Assembly: GCF_006345805.1 (NCBI RefSeq)
Contig: NC_043021.1
Span: forward strand, 21,762,001 to 21,826,000
Direction of reading: 5' to 3'
Origin: Octopus sinensis
Taxonomy: Eukaryota
Length of the DNA stretch: 64,000 nucleotides
The number at the start of each line of letters is the position of its first letter. Position 1 is the stretch's first letter. The translations under genes and the position numbers were made by a program. Below, piece after piece: positions 48,580 to 61,110 of this stretch. The notes beneath the pieces were generated by a model. The model did no database searches. It had not been told where the DNA came from and saw only the letters and a list, made by a program, of their open reading frames with translations.

Positions 48580-49185
48580 TACGAGCACGTCTGAAGGAGG
48601 ATCAAAAACGAGCTAACGACCCGTCAAACAAAGAAATATTTTTGCATTAATAATGGGAAAGTTTAAATTTGGAATTGCAAGAATCAACAACAACAACAAC
48701 AATAACAAGAAGACCAGAAACAAAACAGAAAAAAAAAAAATTCGGCAGCAGCAGCAGCAACAACAGCAGCCATCTTCGTTATTACAAAAGGGTGAGTTGT
48801 AACGAAATAAACAATAAAAGACAAAGACAAATTTTTTTGAAATGTAAAACACCAACGACATCAACAACAACAACAATAAAACATAATTTTTCAGGTACCC
48901 CTTTTATAAAAAAAAAAAAATGAATATGAAAAATAAAGAAGCAAAAAAAAGATTATAAAAACATTGTGTGGTGTGTGTGTGTGTGCAATCCTTAATGCTT
49001 ATTCTTTATGAAATATATAAAATAAAAGGAATGATAATAATAATAATAATGATAATAATGATATTAAAATAATAATAATAATAATAATAATAATGATATT
49101 AAAATAATAATAATAATAATAATAATGATATAATAATAATAATGATATTAAAATAATTATAATAATAATAATAATAATAATAATG

Positions 49186-49218
<33 letters not shown>

Positions 49219-49431
49219 TGATGATAAAGATGATAAAAGGGATTTAATAACATCAAGAACAAGAAGAGGAGTCTTGAATGTTGTTCCCTCTTGAAATATT
49301 AAAAAAATATTACAAAAATGAATTAATAAATAACCGGAAGGAATAATTACTGAGATTTTATCATTAATAAACTATAATATAAATTATATATATGAATGTG
49401 TGTGTGAGTGTATATATTTACATATACATAC

Positions 49432-49466
<35 letters not shown>

Positions 49467-49519
49467 CAGATTCATATATATATATATATATATATATATT
49501 AATGCATATACATGATGAT

Positions 49520-50250
49520 GATGATCATCATCATAGTTTAACGTCCGTTTTCCATGCTTGCATGGGTTGGACGGTTCGACCGGGGATCTGGGAAGCCAGG
49601 AGGCTGCATCATGCTCCACTCTGATCTGGCAGTGTTTCTACAGCTGGATGCCTTTCCTAACGCCAACCACTCCGTGAGTGTAGTGGGTGGTTTTTTTATG
49701 TGCCACCGGCACAGGGTCCAGGGCAGGCTGGCAAACGGCCATGATCGGTTGGTGCTTTTTACATGCCACCGGCATGATAATAACATATGTGCATGTATAT
49801 ATATAATATTATATATATATTATATATATATATATATATATAAATATATATATTCTTTTACTCTTTTACCTGTTTCAGTCATTTGACTGTGGCCATGCTG
49901 GAGCACTGCCTTTAATCGAGCAACTCGACCCCGGGACTTATTCTTTTGTAAGCCCAGTACTTATTCTATCGGTCTCTTTTGCCGAACCGCAAACGGGGAC
50001 ATAAACACACCAGCATCGGTTGTCAAGCAATGCTAAGGGGACAAACACAGACACATAAACACACACACGCATATATATACATATATACGATGGGCTTCTT
50101 TCAGTTTCATCTACCAAATCCACTCACAAAGCTTTGGTCGGCCCGAGGCTATAGTAGAAGACACTTGCCCAAGGTGCCACGCAGTGGGACTGAACCCGCG
50201 ACCATGTGGTTGGTAAACAAGCTACTTACCACACAGCCACTCCTGCACCT
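49520..50250 (-). mobile_element. Repeat-D (49520-49775) and SINE-A (49852-50250)
   Basis: Family motifs on the minus strand. Confidence 0.85.
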
Positions 50251-50609
50251 ATATATATATATATATTAATAAATTTTAGGGTAGCAAAAAATTCTAGAAA
50301 AATTCTCTGCTACCATCGGTCAAGTGAGAAAGAAAAAATAGTCAATAGACTATATAATATACATTCAAACATATAGGGTAAATAGGATAGGGTAAACGTT
50401 TTTATTTCTCTTTCCATTTCAGAATTACAACTATTAGTGGTTTGGAGTTTAACTGCTCTTTCTAGTGAGTCGGATGTCCTATTATGGCCATCCCTTATAT
50501 GTTTGAATATATATATATATACACACATATATTTTTGCAGTGTTCATCCAGTCTGTCATCATGCTGGGGCACCATATTTAGTGTGATCAGTTTTCCCTGT
50601 TTTATCTTC

Positions 50610-50648
<39 letters not shown>

Positions 50649-50804
50649 TTGTGTGAATAAAAAGAAAAAATGCAACCTTGCAGTCTAAATGGTGGAGCTA
50701 CCCATTTCAAGAGATACCTTGAAAGAACATACATTGCTGCTTGATCTGCTAAAAACAGTAACTAAGCCTCCTTCAAATCACATCTTAATATCTCATTAAC
50801 GGCT

Positions 50805-50963
50805 ATGTGATAAGTAGCTTGCTTACACACCACATGGTTCTGGGTTCAGTCCCACTACATGGCACCTTGGGCTTGTGTCTTCTACTAAAGCCTTGGGCTG
50901 ACCTAAGCCTTTTGAGTGGATTTGGTAGATGGAAACTGAAAGAAGCCCGTCGTATATGTATGT

Positions 50964-51006
<43 letters not shown>

Positions 51007-51240
51007 TATATAAATATATTGTGTGTGTTTGTGTGTCTGCATTTGTCCCCCAACATCGTTTGACAACCGATGGTGGTGTGTTTACGTCCCCATAACTTAG
51101 CGGTTCAACAAAAGGGACCAATAGAATAAGTACTAGGCATCCAAAGAATAAGTCCTGGGGTTGATTTGCTTGATTAAAGGCAGTGCTCCAGCATGGCCAC
51201 AGTCAAATGACTGAAACAAGTAAAAGAGTAAAAGAGTAAA
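50805..51240 (+). mobile_element. SINE-A copy
   Basis: Near full length. Confidence 0.88.
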
Positions 51241-51543
51241 CAGGTCAATAAACATAATGAGCCTGGAAGGTCATGATTGGAATGCCTTTGATTAGAAGTC
51301 TGCATTGACTTGTTACCAAACACTAGAAATAATATCTTTTACTCATTAGACTGTGGCCATGCTGGTGCACCACCTTGAAGGGTTTAGTTAAGTCAAATGA
51401 ACCCAGTAACTATTTCCGAAGTCTAGGACTTATTCTGTCAGTTTCCTTTATCAAACTTCTAATCCTCAGGGACATAAACAAACCAACTTTGGTTGTCAAA
51501 CTGGTTGAAAACAAACGCAAATGCATACACACGCGCACGCGCA

Positions 51544-51764
51544 CGAGGGTGTGCTGAAATGTTCCCGGCTTGAATGATATTGCAAAATGTGTGGTTGTTT
51601 GGAGACCCAACCGTCTGAGTTCTTTTTCCAGGGCTTAGAAAAACTGAAGGACCCCTGCAATAAGTGTGTGAATCTGAGAGGGGAATATGCTGAATAAAAT
51701 CATAATTAACTGACCCCCTTGTATTTTCTTTTACCCCAAATCCAGGAACTTTTCAGCTCCACCT

Positions 51765-51766
<2 letters not shown>
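51544..51766 (+). mobile_element. Mariner-derived MITE
   Basis: TIRs CGAGGGTGTGCTGAAATGTTCC / GGAACTTTTCAGCTCCACCTTG; C-terminal remnant QGLEKL...NKCVNLRGEYAE*. Confidence 0.7.
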
Positions 51767-51810
<44 letters not shown>

Positions 51811-51811
<1 letters not shown>

Positions 51812-52112
51812 TTTATTTAAAGCAGCAGAAAATTCAACAAAACCTGTTACTCTGAGTTTCCCGTTGCCGTTCATCGGACAGTTTTTGCTAGCAACGGCAA
51901 CGGGAAACTCAGAGTAACAGGTGATTCATATCGAGCCCTTCTGGGTATTAGCGCGCATCTACGATGAGTCTACGATTTAAAAAAAAATTTACCATAATTT
52001 TTTCCCATTTTTAATGCATTTTTTTGCTATTATATAAGGGAAGTAACTCTCTAAAAATGCTTATATAGTTATTTCCCTTACAAACCCGAGCAACGCCGGG
52101 TGATACTGCTAG
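51811..52112. mobile_element. Composite: Penelope-like end (-), perfect 30-bp inverted repeat, Helitron-like 3' end (+)
   Basis: Arms 51842-51871 and 51893-51922; terminal CCCGAGCAACGCCGGG hairpin followed by CTAG|T at 52109-52112. Confidence 0.65.
51839..51886 (-). ncRNA. Type I hammerhead ribozyme-like motif (Penelope-type), U4C core variant
   Basis: AAAA-CTGT [CCGATGA] ACG-GCAA-CGG [GAAA] CT-CAG-AG-T-A / ACAG-G-TTTT; stem I, stem III and the GUA triplet all fit by hand. Confidence 0.55.
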
Positions 52113-52601
52113 TATATCAATAAAATTCTACTGGAACAGCTGTCAGATTTTAAACTACACATATGTTCTCATTGTAAAGGAACAGACTACAGAGGAGAAG
52201 GCAAGCCAATGGATTTGGTTAAAAAGAGAGAATGAGAAATAGCTAGAAGACCATTGAGTGAAACATAATAGCCAGTTAATCGAGGTGTGGTGCCTCATTT
52301 CAGTGTGGTAGGACCAATGTGCAATGATGCGGTCGAAAGGAATGCCTCGAAATGGTGTGCATTCTCTTCTGATGACCCCATAAACTTACCAGCATCCAGT
52401 ATTTGGAGCTTTCAATTGGTTGGACTTGCATCTGCAAGTTATTTGTCAAAGATCAAATATAAACTCACACTAGGGCCTTCCATGCAGTTTCCATTTGCTG
52501 AATTTATTTGCAAGGTATTGGTCAACCCAAGGATTTAGTAGAAGAACTTGTCCAAGGTGGCAGTTTTGCAGAACTGAACTGCAAATCATATAGTCCATGT
52601 A

Positions 52602-52985
52602 TTGGGTTGTCCGGAAAGTTCATGCCGATTTTTAAAGGAAAGAAAAAGGTCAATAAATACTTGCCATTACATTTTTAATCAACCAAATATGAACCATTTT
52701 GTTACACAATGCGTCTCCATCTTTCCTTTAACTTGAAAATACCCTCTTCCCAGAATTGAAGTGGTTTCATGGCAAAGAATTCATCAAGGTATCTTTTTAC
52801 GTCATCCAAGGAATTGAAATTTTTACCATTAAGACTATTCTGCAGAGACCTGAATAAGGGGAAATCCGAAGGAGTAATATCTGGTGAATATGAAGGGTGG
52901 GGTAACACATCCCAGCCGAACTGCAGCAATTTTTGTTTGGTTCCCAAAGCATCAAGTGCTAAAAATGAACTTTCATCTTCCATTT
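52602..52985 (-). mobile_element. Mariner transposase C-terminal fragment with one TIR
   Basis: GWDVLPHPSYSPDITPSDFPLFRSLQNSL; TA|TTGGGTTGTCCGGAAAGTTC. Confidence 0.88.
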
Positions 52986-53124
52986 TAAAGGGTTACAGAA
53001 TTAACACAGGTTATAGGAACATAAATCTTCTTCCATGAAAAGATAGCTTGAACTGTGCTCTAAATGCAGGTGTAGTCAAATCCTATTTTATGGACTCAAC
53101 CATGTTCTAAAATAAGTCAAAAGG

Positions 53125-53440
53125 TTATCTCTCGTGGAAGCGCCATCCAGTCAAAATACAAATATATGGGAAACTACCACCTGTGTCATCTCTTGCGAAA
53201 GCTAGGAGAGTCCAGTTTGCTGGACATTGTTGTAGAGCTGAAAAAGAGGTAATCTCTACTCTCCTCCTCTGGAAGCCATCTACTCGCAATACCAGAGGGC
53301 GCACACTCTCCTACCCTGATGTAATCTCCAGGGATACAGGCATCCAGCAACAGGACCTCCGTAATGCCATGATGGACCATGAAGTCTGGCGTAGCATGGT
53401 AAATTCCATTGTCTCGACCACGGTCGAACAATGATGATGA
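53125..53440 (+). mobile_element. RTE-type LINE 3' end
   Basis: ARRVQFAGHCCRA...LLLWKP...YPDVISRDTG...WRSMV; (TGA)n tail. Confidence 0.75.
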
Positions 53441-54040
53441 AGCTACTATAAATTGGCATGAGCTTTCCAGACAACCCAATGGTTATAAAGTCAATTTCTT
53501 AAGCACATAGTTGTTGCTGTGGTTAGGAAAATTATCATTTTGTTTTTCTATTTCTTTCACTCTATTCTGTTTAGCAGCACATAAAATATGAATCCGACAA
53601 AAAAAAAAAAGCTCTGATACTCATGCATGCACACACACACACACACACCAAAGATATGCATCAAACACAGATACACCTGCATACATTAACAGAGAAACGT
53701 AGTCCTCCAGCCAGTAAAAACGACAGGCTGGTCACAGCTGGATTGCCTGATCATTAATGGCCTAGGGTTAAACAACAAACAATGAAAATACTTTAACAAA
53801 ATTATTATTGAAATTATTTTTACTGTATTTTATTTCTTTAATAAAATAAAAAATACGAAGTATGAATTCAAAAATTTTAAAAAATGATAAAGAGACCCCC
53901 CGCAAACAATTTAACGAGACTAACAAAGTCTGGCAGAGAAGATACATCTCTTCATTAAAATAAAATAAATAAATACTCTTTTGCCCTTCGTCTTTAATAT
54001 AAAAGAATCTCCCCTAAGGTTTCTTAATAATAATAATATC

Positions 54041-54084
<44 letters not shown>

Positions 54085-54334
54085 GTATATATATATATAT
54101 ATATACACTCGTACATACACACACATGCATACACACACATATACACAACAACAAAATGAAAATGAATTAAAAGAAGAGAACAAAAATCAATACAAAATTC
54201 TTGGGTTACACCCCACCATATTCCCACCCCGCTGCCAAAATATTATTTAAAAAAATATTTTCATTATTTTTTATTCCTTGAGGTTTCTATAAAACAAAAT
54301 AATTCTGAAACACCTATAATATGATATGAAATAA

Positions 54335-54381
<47 letters not shown>

Positions 54382-55070
54382 TAATTGTTATACATAAATG
54401 ATGTAAAAAAAATACAAATTAAACGAATTTTTTTTTTTTTTCTTCTTTAATTCTGTGCACTTCTTCTTTCATGCTATTTGCAGATTTGTAGAAATCCATC
54501 AAGGGGAACAAATGGTTATTTTAAAATTAGCAAAAAAAAAAAAAAAGAAAATGGGGAATAAAGTTAAATTTAAAAATAAAATAAAAAAATTGTAAATTGT
54601 GTTTCATAATAAAAAAAATTAAATCTTCCATTTTGACTCACCCCCTCCCCCAACCAAACTACCCCCCACCAAAAAATATAATATATAAAAATAGATATTG
54701 TTTATTTGTTTGTTTGTTCGTTTGTTGTTTATATTTATTCTTCTAAATTTGAGTTGGCATTTTTAAAAATTAAAGTACTTGTTTTTTGTATATTATTTTT
54801 GTTATAGATGGTTTTTTTTCAAATCTTTAGAATTAATTTCTTTTTTTTGTAAATTAATTAATTTTCTTTAAATCTAATTTTATTATTGCTGTTTTACTGC
54901 CCTCAGCAAATTTTTGGTTAAATATAAAGCCATATTATGTGGGTGTCTGATACTCATACGCCTGTCCCCCTCCCAACATCGTCACCACCAGACCTCCAGT
55001 TCCCATGGTTGCATGTTGCATGTCTTTTCAATTTTGTTTTTATTTCTAAAACAATTTAGAAAACAAAGAA

Positions 55071-55170
55071 NNNNNNNNNNNNNNNNNNNNNNNNNNNNNN
55101 NNNNNNNNNNNNNNNNNNNNNNNNNNNNNNNNNNNNNNNNNNNNNNNNNNNNNNNNNNNNNNNNNNNNNN
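55071..55170. other. Assembly gap (100 N)
   Basis: Run of n. Confidence 1.
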
Positions 55171-55220
55171 TAGAAAGAATTATTATTATTATTATTGTTG
55201 TTATTGTTATTATTATTATT

Positions 55221-55680
55221 TTTTTTTTTCCTTCTTTCTTCAAATTTTCGTCCGTTTCTCGCCGAGTGTTTTCCGTACACCTAGGGCAGAGAAGCTCATT
55301 GTATGCATTCCCAGATTACACACGCAAATTCACAGATAAAATATGTATTTAAAAAATTAATAAATAAATAATTAAATTCATGGATGGATGTTGGTTTCAC
55401 AGCGATAACACTCTTCTCAGTACATGAGCCGTTCCAGTTAATACAATTTTTTGCACTTCCTGTTGGGATGGTGAGCCTGGAATCATTTTCAAATAGGTTT
55501 CAGTACCTTTTTTTTTTATCATTCCTAGAGATCCTACAATCACTGGTACTGTAGTCGCCTTGAGATGCCACATTTTTTCAATTTTTATTAGCAGGTCTTT
55601 ATATTTACTAATCTTGTCAAATTCTTTCGCGGCTATATTGTGATCACAGGGAATACTCATGTCAATTAATAAACACATCC

Positions 55681-55685
<5 letters not shown>
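55221..55685 (-). mobile_element. 5'-truncated R4/Dong-type LINE
   Basis: CLLIDMSIPCDHNIAAKEFDKISKYKDL...VPVIVGSLG; TAA-type arrays on both sides. Confidence 0.85.
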
Positions 55686-55715
<30 letters not shown>

Positions 55716-55974
55716 AAGGTGGTGAGATGACAGGCTCATTAACACGCCAGGCAAAATGCTTGGCTGTATTTTGCCCATCGCTACATTCTGTGTTCAAATT
55801 CTGCCGAGATCGACTTTGCTATTCATCCTTTCTGGTTTGATAAATTAAGTACCAGTTGCATACTGGGATCAATCTAATCGACTCCCCCTCCTCCTCCCAA
55901 ATTTTGGGCCTTGTGCCTAAAGTAGAAGGGATTATTATTATTATTATTATTATTATATTATTATTATTATTATT

Positions 55975-56830
55975 GTATGTTTGACTTTTACTTTACATTT
56001 GTACAAGTTTGCTCCAAGTCTCACCCAGAGACCTCAAGAGACAACAAGCTGGAAGTTAATGTTGATATGCTTAGGGTGCTATATATTTGGTTTTGTACAG
56101 AGTGTTGTTCTAGAGAATGTTTAAGAAACCATAAGAAAATTATGTGTTTGTTTTAAAACTTGAGATTACATAGAAAGTATTTTGGTTAGGATATGGGCAG
56201 TTCCCATGAGCACTATCTTTTGAATTTCTGCCATTTTGGGGTTTCCTGGTATCTGAGCCAGGTAGCACTCAGCCCCTTTTGTTATCATTCCCAGGGCACC
56301 TATGACAACAGGTATTGTTTTAGTCTTCAGGTTCCACATTTTGGTAATTTCTATTTTAAGATCTTTATAATTTGCCCAGTTATTGGTAGGTCTTGACAGA
56401 TACATTTATATCGACTGCGACAGTCATACCTATTTCTTTACTACCCACAAGGGGTTAAACACAGAGGGGACAATCAAAGACCGACACATGGATTAAGTCG
56501 ATTACATCGACCCTAGTGCATAACTGGTACTTAATTTATCGACCCCCGAAAGGATGAAAGGCAAAGTCAACCTCGGCGGAATTTGAACTCAGAATGTAAC
56601 GGCAGACGAAATACGGCTACACATTTCACCCGGGGTGCTAACGTTTCTGCCAGCTCTCCGCCCTGGGACAGTCATATCAATGAGGAGGAATGATTTTTGT
56701 CTGAATTCTTTCAATATGATGTCTGGCCTATTTGCATCTTTCTTTCTGTCAGTTTGAAGGGTGAAGTTCCAGAAGAGTGAGATGTGATCATTTTGAATCA
56801 CTGGAGGTGGTTTGTGTTCCCACCAGTATT
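55975..56830 (-). mobile_element. R4/Dong-type LINE interrupted by a SINE-B (56429-56662)
   Basis: WEHKPPPVIQNDHISLFWNF...ANRPDII...LLIDMTVP; TSD CTG(C/G)GACAGTCATA at 56415-56428 and 56663-56676. Confidence 0.88.
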
Positions 56831-57228
56831 CTTCTTCTTCTCCTTCTCCTTCTTCTTCTTCTTCTTCTTCTTCTTCTTCTTCGTCTTCTTCTTCTTCTTC
56901 TTCTTCTTCTTCTTCTTCTTCTTCTTCTATTATTATTATTATTATTATTATTATCTATGTTGGTAACGAAAGGGTTAAGAGGAAGATGAGGTGATCATGG
57001 CTAGCATGCCTTTTCCTTTGATTGTTATTTGATGGTATCTAGTAAAAAGCACCTAGTACACTCTGTAGAGTGGTTGGTGCTAGGAAGGGCATCTGGTCAT
57101 AGACGTCAAGCCAAAACAGACTATGAAACTTAGTGTGACCCCTGGCCTTGCTAGTTCCTTTTAAGCCATTCAGCCCAAGCCAGCAAAGAAAATTGACATT
57201 AAATGATGATGACATGGTGTTGTTGTTG

Positions 57229-57260
<32 letters not shown>

Positions 57261-57741
57261 GGTGGTGGTGGTTTGTGGTTTGTGGTGGTGGTGGTTTCTG
57301 GTGGTGGTGACTTTGGTGGTGGTGTTGATGGTGGTGGTGGTGGTGGTGGTGGTGATGATGATGATGATGATGATTGTTCAGTCAGTGTTGATCTCTTTCT
57401 TTCCGGTCCCTGTCACTAGACCAAGGCCATGCTGGGGACCCACTTTCAAAGGTTTTAATCAATCATATCAGCCCTGATACTTAATGTCGGCCAGCTACTT
57501 ATTTTTTGTATTGATCTCTGGTTATTGAACAGCTGCTTCGATAGTTTTGATGTAGAAGAAAATAAATGTGCAAATCAACCTATTTGTTTGCACTAGTAAA
57601 TATGAACTTGTCCACAGACACAGACAGGCTCTGAGGGAGCTTACTAGATGCTAAATGAAAGCTCAGCTCTGGGTGCATGCTTCTGTGTAGCAAAAACGAC
57701 TGTAAGCTATTGAAAAATAATTACGTAATTCTTCTTCCTAT

Positions 57742-58340
57742 ACTCTTTACTCTCTTATACTTGTTTCAGTCAGTTGACTGCGGCCATGCTGGAGCACCGC
57801 CTTTAATCGAGCAACTTGACCCCGGGACTTATACTTTTGTAAGCCCAGTACTTATTCTATTGGTCTCTTTTGCCGAACCGCTAAGTGACAGGGACATAAA
57901 CACACCAGCATCGGTTGTCAAGCAATGCTAGGGGGAAAAACACATATACACAAACACACACACACACGCATATATATATATACATATATACGATGGGCTT
58001 CTTTCAGTTTCCGTCTACCAAATCCACTCACAAGGCTTTGGTCGGCCCGAGGCTATAGTAGAAGACACTTGCCCAAGGTGCCACGCAGTGGGACTGAACC
58101 CAGAACCATGTGGTTGGTTAGCAAGCTACTTACCACACAGCCACTCCTGCGCCTAATATATATATATACATATATATAATGGGCTTCTTTCAGTTTCCAT
58201 CTACGAAATCCACTCACAAGGCTTTGGTCGGCCCAAGGCTATAGTAGAAGACACTTACCCAAGGTGCCACGCAGTGGGACTGAACCCGGAACCATGTGGT
58301 TGGTAAACAAGCTACTTACCACACAGCCACTCCTGCGCCT
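57742..58340 (-). mobile_element. SINE-A full copy preceded by a second SINE-A head
   Basis: Head motif at ~58155 and again at ~58340. Confidence 0.88.
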
Positions 58341-58499
58341 ATGTCTCTCATCAGTTAATATGCTGCACTGTACTGACCTGATGGTTTACTCTGAAGTATA
58401 AATGCATTAAGCTCTGATAGCTATTCATTAGCATTAGCTTAATGAACTTAGGCAAAATCCCGATCAATATACACACACATTCAATCAAACATATATGTG

Positions 58500-59290
58500 C
58501 AAGTGTGGCTGTGTGGTAAGAAGCTCGCTTCCAGCCACATGGTTCTGGGTTCAGGCCCACTGCACGACACCCTGGGCAATCGTGTTCTGCTATGACCTCA
58601 GACTGACCAAAACCATGTCAGTTGATTTGGTAGATGGAAACTGAAAGAAGCCCATCGTACATATATGTGTGTGTGTGTGTGTTCCCCCCCCCCCACTACT
58701 GCCACTACCACTTGGCAACTAGTGTAGGTGTATTTGCATCACCATAAGTTAGCAGTTTGGTAAAAATGACTGATAGAATAAGTGCTAAGCCTTGGGGTCC
58801 ATTCGATCAACCAAAATCCTTCAAGGTAGTACCCCAGGATAGCCACAGTCATGTGACTGAAACAAATAAAAAATAAAAGATATATGTATAGGCGCAGGAG
58901 TGGCTGTGTGGTAAGTAGCTTGCTAACCAACCACATGGTTCCGGGTTCATTCCCACTGCGTGGCATCTTGGGCAAGTGTCTTCTGCTATAGCCCCGGGCC
59001 GACCAATGCCTTGTGAGTGGATTTAGTAGACAGAAACTGAAAGAAGCCTGTCGTATATATGTATATATATGTATATATATATGTATGTGTGTGTGTTTGT
59101 GTGTGTGCCCTACAGCCGATGCTGGTGTGTTTACGTCCCTGTCACTTAGCGATTCGGCAAAAGAGACCAATAGAATAAGTACCGGGCTTACAAAGAATAA
59201 GTCCCGGGGTCGATTTGCTTGACTAAAGGCGGTGCTCCAGCATGGCCACAGTCAAATGACTGAAACAAGTAAAAGAGTAAAAGAGAGTAA
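58500..59290 (+). mobile_element. Old diverged SINE-A followed by a younger SINE-A
   Basis: Family motifs. Confidence 0.8.
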
Positions 59291-59562
59291 GATTATCATC
59301 ATTTAACCATTATTAAACATCTGTTTTCAATGCTGATGAGAGTTTGATCATACATGTGTGTGTATACACACACACACACACACACACACAAGGTACTGGC
59401 ATAGCTGTTTAGTTGAGAGGCTCACTTCTCAATGACATATTTCTGGATTCAGTCCCCTCGAATGGCACCTTGTGGAAATGTCTTCTCCTAGAGCCCTGGG
59501 CTGACCAAAACCTTGATTTGATAGATGGAAACTGAAAAAGGCCTGTTATATATATATATATA

Positions 59563-60610
59563 CTAGCTGGTGTACCTGGTAATTCCTGGGGGTAAAGATG
59601 TTCTTTTGAAATACCTTGTTACTCTGATATAAGAATGCAATTTCTTTATAACTGCCACAAAAGGTGTATTTTCCATCACGAAAATGTACAAAAAACTGTC
59701 AGCTGGAGGAGGGAGAGACTATTGGAGGTTGGCAAGAGAGGTTTTTCTGAGGTTGGTGAGGAAGAGTGTCAGAGGTTGTCGAGAGGCTAAGACATTAGTG
59801 TGCATTGTGAAGGCATCTGGGAAATGTATAACTGCTGTCATTCACAGAAAAACTATTGTTTTAATGTGAGAAAAGCGCTGTTGAATCTCTAAGTGAAATT
59901 TGGCAGTCGAGGATCGAATCCATGCTATGCCTGCATGAAGCCATTACAAATACATTGTGGAATAAAAAATTCATCTACTGTCATTGAAAAAGTGTAACTA
60001 TAAAAATGCAGAATTATCGGAGTAATGGGCATTCAAAAAAGTATGTATGTATAGAAATGTATGAATGAAGTCTTTAAGATTTAAGATTAAAATTAAGGAA
60101 GTGCAATAATAATGTTTAGCAGTTCAAAACTGTGAGTAGTGAAATGCAAAATTAGATCGGCTGATAATGAGAATCAAATATTGATCACTTTACTAAAATG
60201 TGCATGTGGTATGGGTTATTTCCCTTAGGTTGTTTAAGTAAAACATTACTAATATGTAGTAGATAGAAGTATCCATTGAAAGGGCCCTATTATTGTTTTT
60301 TTTTTTCAACAATCTATGTCATGAGGTTTCCAGACATGAGTTCTACTTACATTTCAAAGAATAAAAGTGATATTGTTTGCAAAAATTAGAAATAGGACAC
60401 ACTAAAGATCAATATTTAAAGTAATCGAACATAAACAATGAAATGGGTCCGTATTATCAATTTTTTCAACAATCTAAGTATGTCATGAGGTTTCCAGACA
60501 TGAGTTCTACTCAAGTGTCAAGTTTCATCCAAATCAATAAAACGATGTAGGAGGTGTTAGCTGACAACACCACAAACAAACACACACTGATTTTCCACAT
60601 ATGTAGTAGA
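59563..60610 (-). mobile_element. Non-autonomous Helitron-like element inside an old SINE-A TA tract
   Basis: Minus strand starts A|TCTACTAC..., has GTTT repeats, and ends with a GC-rich subterminal segment and CTAG|T; internal ~45-bp direct repeat at ~60302 and ~60461. Confidence 0.6.
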
Positions 60611-60774
60611 TATATATAAGTGTGAGTCTCTGTAACATTGCAGTTTGGCAAAAAGTGAGTGAGAAATAAGTTCCAGGCCTCTTCATAAGACAACAACAAA
60701 AAGCTCTGGGATCAATTTGTTCAATTAAGCACTTCATGGAAGTGGTGGAGCTCCAGCATAGCAGCAGTTTAATT

Positions 60775-61110
60775 GCCAGCCTCGCCAGGCTCCCGTGCGA
60801 GTGGCACGTAAAAAGCACCATCCGATCGTGGCCATTGTCATCCTCGCCTGGCCCCCGTGCCAGTGGCACGTAAAAAGCACCGTCCGTCCGTGGCCGTTTG
60901 CCAGCCCCGTCTGGCACCTGTGCCGGTGGCACGTAAAAAGCACCCACTACACTCACGGAGTGGTTGGCATTAGGAAGGGCATCCAGCTGTAGAAACTCTG
61001 CCAGATCAGACTGGGCCTGATGCAGCCTTCTGGCTTCCCAGACCCCAGTTGAACTGTCCAACCCATGCTAGCATGGAAAGCGGACGCTAAATGATGATGA
61101 TGATGATATA
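60775..61110 (+). mobile_element. Repeat-D copy with three 5' monomers
   Basis: GTGGCACGTAAAAAGCACC motif in units starting 60795, 60857 and 60920. Confidence 0.85.

Noticed and set aside
54925-55015. Minus-strand peptide MQHATMGTGGLVVTMLGGGQAYEYQTPT* before a long AT-rich 3' UTR-like region
   Set aside because: There is an in-frame stop just upstream, no acceptor, and no recognisable domain; the adjacent assembly gap prevents further assessment.
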